From: the human T2T-CHM13v2.0 reference genome, Homo sapiens
Reading direction: 5' to 3' (one strand)
Length of the DNA stretch: 64,000 nucleotides
NCBI RefSeq assembly: GCF_009914755.1
Contig: NC_060930.1
Below are positions 1 to 14,414 of this stretch, piece by piece. The notes below the pieces were generated by a model. That model was not told the DNA's origin, ran no database searches, and worked only from the letters and a program-made list of their open reading frames with translations. The position numbers were made by a program, and so were the translations under genes. Within the stretch, counting starts at the first letter, position 1. Each line of letters starts with the position of its first letter.

Positions 1-1063
1 TTCCTCTTCACTTTCTTTCCTAGCTCGTTGAAGTTCTTCATTTCACTGGGTTCTGGGTGACATCTGTAGCATCCATTTCAGCGCAGGCTGCAGCAGGCTT
101 TTGACTCCACAGCATGTAACTGTCCTCAGACCACCGTGTTCAAAGTCGAGATTCCAAATGGACCTTCCTGACTCTTCACAGAGAAGATGCCATATAAATC
201 ATTTCCATTAAAACAAACCTTTGATACCACCAGCGAATTGTGGAATTTTGATAATGATGCTTGTGAATGAAGTGCTGACAAATGGTCTTGCTTTAGATGG
301 TGTTTGTGGGTGGGGCTTGGGTTAGAGCCAGGATCAACCTTGATTTTGGCCACTGATCCATTTCCTCTCTCCCCACCACCCACCTCATATGTTGAGATGA
401 AAGTTACAGCAGAAAGCCTCTTTTGAACCATTATGAACAATTCTATTCAAAGCAGCATCTGTGAATTTGTATAAGACTGGCCAAGATTGGCTCAATTATT
501 TCTCCATTCTCTCCAGGGGATAGAAAGTTTCCAATCAAGGGTTACAATGGAAGCAAAAATGTTATGTTCATGGGAGGTAGAATGCATTGCTAAATAGATG
601 GAAGACAAAATAAAGTTCCTCAGTATACATAATAGCTCAAGGATGAACTTGGTTGAACAGATTAGAGGAACAGATGCAGATAAAATAAACTTCTCTCTCT
701 TTGGTTTAACTTGGGAGACTGAGGATTTTCTATATGGTACAAACCTTGATGAATGTTGAGGATATAGGGGTTCTCATATATCTTATAATATACTAGTGAG
801 TCATCTGGTGAGATGGCTGGAAGTTTTTTTTTTAAGTAGATATAATCTCATAAGTGAGGAGAAAATAAATCATTGTCTCAGCTAGAGAGAGTGATCCTTT
901 TGAACCCTTATATGGTTCAATCTCATTTTAACATTTTTGAAGCAGGTAGGTTTGGGATTTCTGGTTCCTGTAAAGCAAAGCCCATGATGGTTCTTTGATT
1001 CAGTTGTCTCCTGGGGAAAATGAGGGAAGAAGGTTTAAGTGGTTTGTTATCAGTGGCTACTGA

Positions 1064-1313
<250 letters not shown>

Positions 1314-2381
1314 TGAGGTATGAAATATGGGTTGGGGGTGATTAGAAGAGAGAGATGGAAAAGCTGGGATATCAAGAATAAAGCTTGTAGGATTAGAAAA
1401 AACAGAAGGAGGAAAGATGAGATAAGGTAAACTCAGAGCAAAGCATGAAATAGGAATTATGTTGGGCTACTCAGTGGGAGAAGTGACACGTGTCTCTTAA
1501 ACATATGCTGGCCTGACCTTACTGGGGTCAAAGGGACAGTCAAGGAACCTGCCCTGAAAATGCCAAGAGGAGGCTGAGAGCCAAAGAAAGCAAGGGTCAG
1601 CCTCCTAGGAGGCCGCCTATCTACACAAATGAGTTTCCCAAGAAAGTCTCATTTATTTTAGGTCTCTTCTGTGGAATAAAACAATTCCCTCTTTGATGGG
1701 ATTATATTTGTGGGAGGGAAAGGAGCAGGAGAAAATTCAGTGTCAAGGGCAAAAGTCCACTAAGATGATTCACCTGGGAGATATTTTTTGGAAGGCCTGA
1801 TACCCTTAGGAGCTAGAAATCAATATTCAAAGATCTCCCATTCCAATGTCATTTAGGCTGCAAGTATGCAGATTTCAGGGCCTGTAGGGGGAATTTATCC
1901 GGTAGTGGAATCCTAACACATCTTTTCACTTTGTGAAGCTTGTTCTATGGGTAAATTTCATACCGCCTTGACTTGTACGAGTACAGAATAGGGGAAAGAG
2001 CAGTGGAATAAAACCTCAACATCCCAGAAATAGTTTAATTACAGTTTCATTTAGAGGAGAAAAGGAACAGACACTTTTTTATTTTCTATTTTATTTTTCT
2101 TCATTCTTTGAGAAAGCATGTCATTCATTTGGTTTTGTCTACTTCAGTATTCAAAATTCCCCTCTGGCCAGTACTGGGAGGCTTCTCTTCCAAGGAGAGG
2201 GCTCTCCCACTTCCTGGGAACAGGCTTTGTGCGCAGAAGCCCTGGAGAGTTCAGCAGCTGGTGCTGGGAAAGTTGGGGATTCAGGAACCCTGGAGCATCA
2301 GCAGTAAGTTCAACAAATAAGGTGTACCAAGGGTTTAAAATGTGCTCACCTTCACTTCCAAGCATAAGAAGAGGAGGCATA

Positions 2382-2712
<331 letters not shown>

Positions 2713-4532
2713 TTAGAATAAAGAGATGCTAGAAGAAGCTATCTCTTCTTTCCATTTTGTAGATGCCATCAACCTGTTCTTGAATTGCATTCTTTTTGTC
2801 TTTGGGTCATTTCTTTCTCCCTTTATCCCAGCATGAAAGGGAGAAAGGGTGGTGGGTTTTAAGAACTAAAGTTTCTTTTGTAGGTATCTCTAGTCTCCCT
2901 CCAGCCTTGTGAATCTCTCAGCAATCCTGAGATGCTACTTAGGACCCGCCCCCAATGCCCCCTTCTGAAGAATGGCCTGATTTATAGACACTCCCTAACA
3001 TAGTCAGAGGCTATTAGCAACTCTTCAGTTGCCCCACCTTCTAGATTATCTGTCTGCAGTTGGGAAATTCCACTAGCCACTTCCTGAAAACAAACTTTCT
3101 ACTCTTAAGTCTGTAGATGACAGCTATTGAGTGCCTGGACAACTTGTCTGCCCCATATGCAGTTGTAGAGAAACACCTGAGCCTTTTGGGCCAGCAAAAT
3201 CCCTCATTCCTTCTCTGCCCTTACCTAGTCCCGGTCTGTTTCATGGATTTTTCAGCACTTCCCCTATCAACTTGGCTATTCCCTGTTATTTGTAAAAGCC
3301 AAGTTGATAATCCCTCAAATTTTGCTAGTAAATTGATGCAAAATAAAAAAGTGAATCATTATGGATATACAGTTCAAGTTTTGCTAATCTATCCACAGTA
3401 TTTATGGAGTGACCAATGTGTCCAGGAAGGGCCTGGTAGAAGAGGTTTTTTGGAGGCTATAAAACAACAACAACAACAACCAACAGATTAGATGCCTGTT
3501 GCAAAATTCAAGACAATCAGGAATCAACTAATACAACATCTATATGGCATAAGAAGTCTTCAAAACACCTCATTAATATATTAACTCACCACAAGTCAGT
3601 TTATATTCCAGAGTATAGTTTAATCAAATATTGTTTTGATGTAGCTACACACATATCAAATTTAAAAAATATACATTATGACTTGGTATTCATTTATTTG
3701 CCACCAAAACTAAGCTCTTGAAAACTCGGTATACTAAATATGTGTATTTTAAAAACATGTTGCTTCTCCATCACATTAATAGAAATAATTACACTTGAAG
3801 AGACATAAATTATATTAGTTTTTTATATTGATGTTTCCGAATCAGAAAAAAAGAGTAATTGAATTAAATCTAATGTAAGGGAACAGCCTTAAACTCTTGG
3901 ACTGGGGGGTAAAACCAGCAGGCAGATCCAGAAGGAAGGTTTGCAGAGTGTTGCTCAGGCAAACAAGATACAAAGGAAAGAAAGTCCTGGATGTTGTTAG
4001 GTAGAGCAGGATATTAATACCTAAGAACATTAGGTCTGAGGAAAGAGTCTTTTTCAAACACAACTACCTTGGAGAAAATTTGAACTGCCATCTCTCAGTG
4101 ATTCCTTTTAGGATAATTTCCTGTTTGCATGTTTACCATGTGCAATAAAGAAATAGTTCTGTCAGACTTATAAGAAAAGGGGCTACACAGCTGACTACTG
4201 AGACCTACCAGCCCTTCCTAGTCTTGAAACCAAACCTGGCCTGACTCAGAAAGAACTCAGTATTAAGGCATCCCTAAAACTAATCTGGCCAAGATCTCAA
4301 CTTCTTGATTTATGGGTTTCTGCCTTGTAAGACCTGGCCCCTACCCAGGGATGCCTGAGTCACTCCCAGTAACCTGCCTGTTCCCAGGATTCCTCCTGGC
4401 CACTTGGTTGTCCTCCCGGTGAGTGGAGAACCGCCTCCCTCTGTTTCTCATGCCTAGTACTTTGTGTTGGGTTGTGTGCCACTGTCTGCCTCCCTAAACC
4501 TCTACCTATCCCCTGGATGCTCTTTCTGCATC

Positions 4533-4750
4533 TAATAATCATAATTCCAACTTATTGAACATTCAGTGTGTATAGCAGGCACCTTGCTGGGCATTTCACG
4601 TATATTGTCTGAACTAAACCTCCAAACAAGGCCATGAGTCATATTATGATTCCCATTTTATAGAAGTGGAATCTGAGGCTTTGCAGGATTAACATGCTAG
4701 AAAATGTTGAAACTGGGACTCAAACCCAGATCTGTGTATTCCAGAGGTAG
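4533..4750 (-). mobile_element. MIR SINE
   Basis: CCCATTTTATAGAAGTGGAATCTGAGGC and GGGACTCAAACCCAGATCTG, the reverse-complement MIR core. Confidence 0.75.
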
Positions 4751-5277
4751 TGCTCTTGGTGGCTTTGCTATCTGCTCTGTCTTCAGTTAGGTGGAAATCT
4801 GCAGTGGGTCTCTCTCCCCTCAGCAGTGGGCAAGCTTATTCTGGGTCTTTCTCACTGCATCTGTGTTCTGATATATTACAGGCTCCTTCTGACTCGTCCA
4901 TGTATTTTATAAATAAATGTGCTTTTGTTCATCACAACAGTCCCTCAAAAGACGTCATAAAAGGAAAAGAATGGAAAATTTTGGAAAGGAAGTTTTCTGA
5001 GACCATTTACGTGACAAAGAAGTCAGGAAAATGTGGCATTGTTGTGATTATCTTCATCATTTCAGGATCTGAAGTGGTTTAGAAAGAAAGACACTCTGAA
5101 AGGAAGATGGGCTTCCAAGGGATGTGACTCATGAGGAGGAATATAAAAGACAGGAGAAAAGTGACTTGTCAGATGGACAATGGGCTTTTATTTGAAGCAT
5201 ATGAAGCCATATGGAAGAATACACCAAGGTGGAAGTTAGGAAGGGAACAAAGAAGATATAAGAAGATGTTGCCAGCT

Positions 5278-5309
5278 GGGGCCGGGTGAGGGGGTGGGGA
5301 GGGGTGGGG
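5278..5309 (+). other. Putative G-quadruplex
   Basis: GGGGCCGGGTGAGGGGGTGGGGAGGGGTGGGG: six G-tracts with 1-3 nt loops. Confidence 0.7.
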
Positions 5310-6469
5310 AGACAGAGCAAAGGAAATGAGTGAGGAAAGACACAAAGACAGGAGACCTTTGTGTACAAAGTAGAGAAACAAATGCCCTACTTTTAGCATC
5401 TTGAAAAGATGAATGAAAACATGAATGAAAATAAACTTCTCTTAATGCTATTTTCCAAAAAACTCAAAGAGCTTCAGAAACTTTCTGTAATGCTGTATAT
5501 TACCCAGGAGAAAATCTTAATCTTCTCTTCTTTGATAGGCAAAAGATAGCAGAAAAGAGTTTCCAGTCTCATAAAGGGATGATTTCTGGAAAAAGACATG
5601 AAAAATGGGTTTCCTAAAAGAGATACCAAAAGTTTATCTCTTTGAGCTTGTATATTACCTCAGTAAGCCTCAAGTAGGCCAAAGAAAACAAATCTAGGCA
5701 GAAGAAGGGAATTGGCTTCCTTTTCTGGTTCATTTCACCACATCTCTACAAGGACATGGTCATTTGTGTGTAGCCTTCTTTGGTGCCACTTATCAGCCCT
5801 CACATAAAAATCTGCGGGTGACTTTTCCTCTGTCTCTGAGGAAATGCCTATATCAAAAATCTCTGTTTATAATACCAAGTACCTCAGAAAATGCCATCTG
5901 GTGCTCTTGGACTTAACGTTCTTATACAAATTTATCCTGATGAAATCCTTGGCATTTTCCCGAGGCTTTTCTTGCCTTCCTGCCAAATGTTAATTGGTAC
6001 CTGTTCCTGTAAGTCTTGAATTCTCCTTTTCCAGCTGCAGAGATCAGCCTTAAGGGCTTTTTTCCTTTACTTCTAAACCTTTTCCCCAAAACTGCATCCT
6101 GGTTCCCAGCCCTGACTCAAGCCTTTTCTCTAGGCTCTGCATGTTTGGGGTTCTTTCATTGAAGCCCTTACACTGTATTCTTAGTTTGGAAACTTGCTTA
6201 GTTTCCAATTTCTCTGAAGTGACTTCCAGTTAACAGAGCTGACCTGCCACGCTGGTTTTTTAAAGGTTTGCAAAATACCTTCAGTAGGTCCTGCTGTCAG
6301 TCACCATATGTGCCTGAACCTCCTACAGTATTGCCATCCAGCTCCTCCTAGATTAAAAACCCACACATATTCTTCCTTTAACATCATTCATTTTCATTTC
6401 TATTGCTTTTTATGTAACAACTTAGGCCTGTGAAATAGCAAAATGGAGGGGAAAAATCATTGATTTTGT

Positions 6470-6680
6470 TGTAGAGAGATCTAATTTAAAAAATTCAAGT
6501 CCTGGTTTCCTTCCTTATTTTTTATTTTTATTTTTGGCTCATGGAACTTTGGCAAGTGACCTAACTTCTTATTTCTTTCTCTTTAAAATGAGAGTTTTAA
6601 AGATGAAATGAGATCATATATTTAGGTGGCTAGCACACAGTCAAGTGTACCAAAAACACTTGTTGGATAAAAGAATGAAT
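6470..6680 (+). mobile_element. MIR-like SINE, degenerate
   Basis: AATTCAAGTCCTGG...GGCAAGTGACCTAACTTCT...TAAAATGAG...AGATGAAATGAGATCAT. Confidence 0.55.
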
Positions 6681-7649
6681 AAATTAATGACAGGAGCAGC
6701 CAAAAGAGATTTTATGGTTTTTGCGTATCCACAGTGAGCTAGCTCTATGGCAACATTCTCTCTGTTTAGTAAGGGGTAACAGATACTTACGCACAAAATG
6801 ACCAAGCAATGCAGTAGATGTAAATGATGAAGGAATGTGCAGGAGCTCTGGCGTACAGAAAAAAGGCACCTAACCCAGTCTTAAGATGGAGAAGAACCAG
6901 GAAGGAATTCATGACTCACATCTCCTATTAGATCTGTGTCTTTTGGACAATAGCTTTGCCTGCCTATTGTATACTTACCAATGTATTAATATTTGCAGAA
7001 CAAAATTTTATGTAAGATAGGGTACGATGATTCCATGTTGTATATCACACCACAGAAATTCAACCACCTTGGGTGGTGATGTGTGTGGTGAGGTGACAGC
7101 TGGGGAATATTAAGTGTGTCTTAGGAAAGATCGACTTTCTTTCCAGGGCCCACAAAAGGTGTATTTTGAAGACTTGATATGAAATATCAAGTGTGGGGAT
7201 TTGCATACAATTATGGAACACAGGAAAACAGAACTTGCTCCTTGTTTTATTTCCTATGCTGTGTAGCATCTATTAAGGCAAAGCCCTAATTTCCACATTA
7301 CTTAGTTTTGCAGGAACCAGAATTGCTAGTGTCATATGAGACAGTGTTAATGATGTGAGGTACAAATACTCTTGGAAATGTCTCCAAAGTTAGCCATTTT
7401 CTATAGATAGATAGATTCCTAATCCTGACAGTTATGTGTTACTTCAATACCGCAAAAAGCATGCTTTTCTTTTCTATGAATTTTTAAATGATACATTTTT
7501 ATATTAAAATAAAGACTTTTCTCCTAAATGAAAGTGCCAAAAATGCTAGAACTGACTCCACAAATATTTCGCCCCCAACATAAAATATTTTGATTTAATA
7601 ATATAGTATCACTTTCTACTGGTAAACATTTTCTTCCTAAAGATAGAGA

Positions 7650-7810
7650 AAGGCCCTGTGTTGTAGATCAGTACTGTTCCTCTATTTCACAGATGGGAAC
7701 ATTGAGGTATGGGTGTAGCATATCATTTGCCTCAACTTTCACAGCATCTCAGGGGAAGACAGGAAATCTGGTCCACAATGCCTGTATATTTAAGTCTGCT
7801 GCTTAGTCAT
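7650..7810 (-). mobile_element. MIR SINE fragment
   Basis: CTATTTCACAGATGGGAACATTGAGG core on the reverse strand. Confidence 0.55.
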
Positions 7811-8710
7811 GAGACATAAAGCATCTCAAAAACTACCAATATCATTAAAAATGTCAGTGGAGATCAGTGGTTCCATTCTCAGGATGTGAAATGTGATAAA
7901 CTGCAGGGAGGAAGATAGATCAACTCAGAACAAAAAAACTACATTTGAAAGCAGCGGAATCTCAACCTCAACTTTGAATATTGTTATTCAAGAACTGGAA
8001 ATTGATATGAGATTACTGCACTACATTTGGCCACCTTTCAGTAATGCCTATGCTATTCAAATATACTTGTGCAAACTCAGTTTCCAAAAGTTATGAGGGG
8101 ACTTTTTGTTTAGCAAATTGTTCTTGTAAAACTTGTCTGCTGTTAAACTGTAGACACAGCTCCAAGGAATCTCTTACTAGAAAGCACTGCATTATTCCAA
8201 CATGAATCACAGATGAAATTGACTATTTTCCCAGGATGTTATAACTGACTGTGGTTCTCAGCTGAGAACTAGGATACTTTACTATGTCTGTGATTGAAAT
8301 GCCCATTGAATAACAGTTTAACAAAGCTGGATTTAGTATGAGTTTGTTGTATGTGACGGGTACTCAGTGGAATGTGGTTAGGGCAACTTCCAATTCAACA
8401 GACTATGAATTAGAATGTGCGTAGGGGACATTGAATACCACACACTTAAAATCACATTTAAAGTAAATCTATCAAACACTTCTAGGACATTCTGCCTTTT
8501 GCCATCTGGATGGCACGTGCAATTAAAATTCCAACGTGGAAACAGGAAGTCCCTCTAGGATAAAGACTTATGAGAATGAATTTTTTGTGTGTAGGAAAGT
8601 GGATTATGAGCATCATATAAGACTCATTAAGTTCCCAGGTGGCCATTGCACTATAATTGGCAGTGTGTAGATCAGGAATACACTTGAAAAATATTATTGT
8701 GTATATTTAA

Positions 8711-9053
<343 letters not shown>

Positions 9054-9762
9054 TCTATATATTTTGATATACATATAAACTGGAATGATAACTACAAGTC
9101 GAGCCAATTAACATGTCTATCACCTCACATATTACTTGTGTATGTGTGTGTGTGGTAAAAGCACCTAAAATCTACTCTTTTAGCAAATTTTCAGTATACA
9201 ATGCAATATTATTAGCTATAGTCCTCATGCTGTACATTTGATCTCTAGACTTCCTCATGTAACTGCAACTTCATACCCTCTGACCAACATCTCCCCATTC
9301 CACCCCCTTTCCCACAACCCTTGCCACCTCTAGTAATCACTGTTCTATTCTGTCTTCTATGTATTTGACTTTTTTTATTTTTTAAGATTCTACATGTAAG
9401 AAAGATTATGCCATATTTTTCTATGTCTGGTTTCTTTCACTTAGTATAATGTCTTCCAGTTTCACACATGTTGCAAATGGCAGGATCTCCTTTTTAAAGG
9501 AATTCCTTTCAAAAATAATATTCTATTACATCTATATATCTATATACCTATCTATCTATCTATACCTATATCCATCTCTATCTATATGCCACATTTTCTT
9601 TATCCATTCATTTGTCAAGGGACACTCAGGTTGTTTCCATATTGTGCCTATTGTAAATAACACTGCAAAGAACATAGGAGTGCAGATATCTCTACAAGGT
9701 GCTGGTTTCATTTACTTTGGGCATGTACTCAGAAGAGGGATTCCTGGGTCATATGGTAGTTT

Positions 9763-10062
9763 GGTTTCTTTGTTTTTGAGACGGGGTTTTGCTTTGTTGC
9801 CTAGGCTACAGTACAGTGGCATGACCGCAGCTTACTGCAGCCTCCTCTGCTCAAGTAGTCCTCCTGCCTCAGCCTCCTGAGTAGTTGGGACTACAGGTAC
9901 ATGCCACCACACCCAGTTAGTTTTTTTGTTTTGTTTTGTTTTTGTAGAGACTGTGTCTTGCTATGTTATACAGGCTGATCATGCACTCCTGACCTCAAGC
10001 AATCCTGCCACCTTGGCCTCCCAAAGTGTTGGGAATAAAGGTGTAAACCACTCTGCCCAGCC
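9763..10062 (-). mobile_element. AluJ
   Basis: Diverged Alu with J-type sequence (CTCAAGCAATCCT); TSD TATGGTAGTTT at 9752-9762 and 10065-10075. Confidence 0.92.
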
Positions 10063-10479
10063 TTTATGGTAGTTTTATTTTTAATTTTTTGAGGGGCCTC
10101 CACACTGGTTTCCACCACGGCTATACCAATCTACATTTCCACCAACAGGATACAAAGGTTCTTCTTTCTCCCCATCCTCCCCAACACTTGTTATCTCTCG
10201 TCTTTTTCATAGTAGCCATCCCAACAGGTATGAGGTGACAGGTCCTTGTGGTTTTGATTTGCATTTCTCTGATGATTAGTGCTGTTGAGCACCTTTGCAA
10301 ACACCTGTTGACCATTTTTATGTCTTCTTGCAAATGTACTTTTACTTCCAATCTTACCCTCATTTTTATTGATAGCAAATGTGAGAGAAGGAAATCCGAA
10401 GTAAGTGCCATATTTTTTCATGAAACTACCTAGCATTCAAACAGTGCTTTGTTCTTTGAAGATAGTTTTACACATCCCA

Positions 10480-10635
10480 TTTTCCTCTCACAAAAACTGA
10501 GTGCAGTAGTTAAAAGGCATTATCATCTCCACTTTTAAAATAAGGTAACTGAGACCCAGAGGAAGCATGCAAGACATTTGCCTAAGATCAGATAATAAGT
10601 TGGCAGCAGAACTTAGACTAAAACCCAGATTTCCT
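10480..10635 (-). mobile_element. MIR SINE fragment
   Basis: CATCTCCACTTTTAAAATAAGGTAACTGAGACCCAGAG...GACTAAAACCCAGAT. Confidence 0.65.
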
Positions 10636-11736
10636 TTTTTTTCATTTTAGTAGTTATTTGATTTTTTAAATCCTATTGTACAATTTTTCTTTAGGTACTT
10701 TTAAATAGACTTGATTATTTTATGATCAAGACTTGATTTTATTCAAACAGCAAATATTTGGCAGTCACTCCACATGAATAACTTCTGTCTTGGTTCTAGG
10801 AATGGAATACTCATGGCAAACTTTTTATTATGGAGAAACAATACAATGATCTTTATTTCATGGATCCATGAAGTGAAATAGCATTTTTTTCTACAGAAAC
10901 GTGAAGCTCCCTTTATTGATTTGTCTTTGTTTTAAAAGTTAAAAGATATAGAAAGGTGTAGTAGATAATATAACAAATATGAGTGTACATCCCACACAAT
11001 TGACCAGTATGGACACATTCTATTTTTGCATTATATATATTAATAAATATGAAGCTGATATATCTCTTCATTTATTCATCTTTTGTGTACTTTAATAACA
11101 TAAAATTCAGATCTTTTGATCCAGAAGCCAGAGATTGTGAGGTCACACAGACCACATGGGAACAGAAAGCTTAAAGGTCTGACAGGAAAAGTTTACCTTA
11201 CCAAGCTCCTTCCCCAAGTAAAACAGAACCAGCAGACCCCCAAAATAATGCTGCTGGGCGTTCCCTGAGGCAACTGTTGGGTCATTATGTGCTGTGTTTT
11301 TCTAGAAGCTTTCTTCTAAAGTTTTAGGCAGCACCTTGGCCCACACCTGGCTCTCTAAGAGGCTTTGAGTCATTATTTCTTAAAATGTATTTATTTATTT
11401 ACTAGCTCCCAGTGAAAGGGAAAGGGGAAAGGGCCTCGGGCAAGGGGAGCAACTGTAGCTGTTATTTGTGTAAAGCAGAAATACAATTGGCTGTTTTTTC
11501 TTGTCTATTCAAGTTCCCCAGATCAGCTATTAGAAAGGGAGAGAGCTGACTTAGTACATTTAGACACGTAAAGGAAAACTGAGGTAATGTGAGACCTCAG
11601 GGGCTTTTCGTTGTTGTTGAAAGATAAATACTATTTTACACTCAAGTCCTGTAATACATGTGGCATAGGAACTGATGAATGACTCATTTGTTGTTGGAAA
11701 GTGAACAAACTTGCCTAATGATATAGTTTTCTTTTC

Positions 11737-11738
<2 letters not shown>

Positions 11739-11778
<40 letters not shown>
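11739..11778. repeat. (TG)20 microsatellite
   Basis: Twenty uninterrupted TG units. Confidence 0.98.
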
Positions 11779-11780
<2 letters not shown>

Positions 11781-14358
11781 GCATATGTGTGTCTGTTCTT
11801 TCTGGGCAATGCCTCCCTTTGACTCATCTCATATTTTGAATTATGGCATTTTTTAAAAATTGGCAAATTCATTTCATTCACTGGTTGCTTCTAATTTTAA
11901 ATATGTGTCTAAAGCAACAGAACTACAAATGAAACCCCAGTCTTTGATTGTTAGGGACTTTGGGGTAGAGAAGGCAAATCAGAACAATGCCAAAGGGATA
12001 TTTCTGAAAATCCATACTTCAGAGTAGATTGATTTTTCAAAGAATCATGTGCCAAAAAAAAATTAAGGGATATTGATAAAATTGCTATGCTTTATCTCTT
12101 TGGTTATAAAAATTAAATACACAGACACACGCTATAAAATTATATCAAATTTATTGTGATGATTCTTTGTATGATTCCTTTGTACTGATAGAACTATTTA
12201 TTTTTCTTCTATTTGGGCTCCACCTTTTTTCCTGTTTGTGTAATTCACGTCAATGCTTTGCTCGAGATTAAGTCAGAGATGAATTATGGGTTCTGGAATG
12301 TGAAATCCTCTGTTTCAGTACATACGTATTCAACCGGGGACAGCACCTTCTTGACTGGTAGATGGGAAAGAGCAACCCAGTCACTAAGCACTGGGCTACT
12401 TTTTGTGGGTGTTCTTATGCTTGTATGCATTCCTTTTCATCAGTCTTCTCTCAGAATAACTTGGATTTCCAGGTCTCCCAAAGCGTTTTGGAATTCCATT
12501 CTGTGTTCTCCTTTGTCATGTGTATTCCAATCCCTATCTGTGCTTCTTTCTACCTTTTTGAGGTGCTATCTATCGACTCCTCATCAGGTGAAGTAATGTG
12601 AGATGACAAACTGTGAAAAGCTTTAAGAACACCCTCTTAAATTGTAGCTCTTGAGTCCCAGAGTTCAGAAGGAGTGGGAAAACCATTCTATAAATAAAAA
12701 TATCTGGAGATACTCAGGAGAAGACTGGCTGTTCTAAAAGCGAATGCTAGTTAACATGGCCAGACAGTTTTTTTGCATCTTTACTTGGAAAAGAGAATCT
12801 ATGACACCCTCTAAAATATCAAGCAGTCTTAAGTGGATAATGTTGCTCTAGTTGGTTTCACTGTCAAAGCCATTTAAAACTTCAGCAACTTATGAGATAA
12901 CGTATCCTAAGGGTCTGATTTCTGAACATGAATTTAAGGGTCCCTCTGATGCCTGTGCTCTAAATACTTCATTAATAACATAAATGATGTCCTCAGTACA
13001 ATTAAAACAATACTTTAGCTATTGATATTTGTCCCTTTAGGGATTCTTGATTTTATGTGCATGCTTATTATTTGCCCTCATATAAGCACTCACATGATAT
13101 TGTCAGTAACTGAGAGTTGGATAACCGGCTTGTTTTTCAGGGTACCAATTACTCTTCCCGGCTTACATCTTGTGTGGGCTTTTGGCAGACATCAGCTTCT
13201 AGCACCTAGAAGGCACTTCCTTCTCCAGAGTAACTTTATGGAAACAAGGACTTTGTTGCAACTGGCTGAGGTTGAAATGAACACCTCCTCTCTCTGCTTT
13301 ACAAAATAAGTGGAGACTAACTAACTGGCCTAGGCAAGTTTTCTGTATTCTTGGATTGATTAGTCCTTGCATTCTCTTTGCCTCTTCTCAGACTGTCTCT
13401 AAATTTAGCAATGCGATATGGTACAAACAGTCTTTCACATATGCTGTGTCACCAAGGGGATTTCAGGATTGTTTCATTGGTCTGCCTTGGCAAAGCTGAC
13501 GCAATCTCCCATTGGTCTGTGCTCAGGAATCTGGGTGGGAAGTGAAAGTACAGACAAGCCTGCCAAGGCGAACTCCATCATGCAAGAGCTTGCTGCTGTG
13601 TGTGGGACTGAGACCCAGATTCGGGCCAATTCAAAATGAAAACCTTCAAATGAGTGCTCTGAGAGTAAAATGAAACTGAATCTGCTTGCTACATGTCGAT
13701 GAGGTTCAAAAGATGGCAACAGTTTTGGGGTGCAAGGTCAAGCTGAAGAGTTAAAAACAGAAAGGAACCTTCTTTCCTCAGCCTAAATATCCTTTCCTAG
13801 AGGTATCACTGGGAAGGTGGCACAGAGGAAGGTCAAGTGATCCCCTCTCTGGGGTCCACATGCCCGCTGCTGGGCCACACCTCACCCAGGCCCTTCCCTT
13901 GTGAACACCTCACAGAGGGACTGGCTCCAAACTGACCCTGAAGAATTATGTGAAATCCTTCTCGTTTAGAGCTTTAAAGGGTGTAAGAGAATCATGAGGA
14001 TTTGGAAAAACTAGGACTGGGTCCATGTTTATGCTTGCAGCCTTTTACCAACAAATACATATGTACATATATGTACATATATATATATATTTTCTCTTTA
14101 ATGTTTCATAAGATATTTTTATCACCTAAATGAAGATAAATTAGCTGAGCTTGTTTGGCATAGAACATATCGCAATATTTTTTATTTTTAAAAATTTGTT
14201 TTTTTCTGATTATCAATTCATACTCATTGAAAAAATAGTCAAATGTTACAGAAATGTGTAATAGAAAACAAGAGGGTTTCCCTTTCATCACAACCCCAGG
14301 AATAACTTTCATTAGCAATTTGCTTTATATCCTCAGTTTTCTCCCCACAGATGCTCGC

Positions 14359-14360
<2 letters not shown>

Positions 14361-14407
<47 letters not shown>

Positions 14408-14414
14408 GTATCTA
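14361..14414. repeat. (TATC)11 tetranucleotide STR with a TATG TATC TA tail
   Basis: Eleven perfect TATC units at 14361-14404. Confidence 0.97.

Larger units (their letters stand above)
4242..6918. promoter_or_regulatory. AP-1 motif cluster (candidate enhancer)
   Basis: Perfect TGA(C/G)TCA at 4242, 4356, 4635, 5125, 6113 and 6912; CRE-like GACGTCA at 4951; TACGTG at ~5008. Motif evidence only. Confidence 0.4.

Noticed and set aside
1460-1830. Possible ERV1-type LTR
   Set aside because: The composition is suggestive, but I could not identify termini, a TSD or a family.
13861-13873. CTCF-like motif TGCCCGCTGCTGG
   Set aside because: It mismatches the core G-run and is a single motif without supporting evidence.
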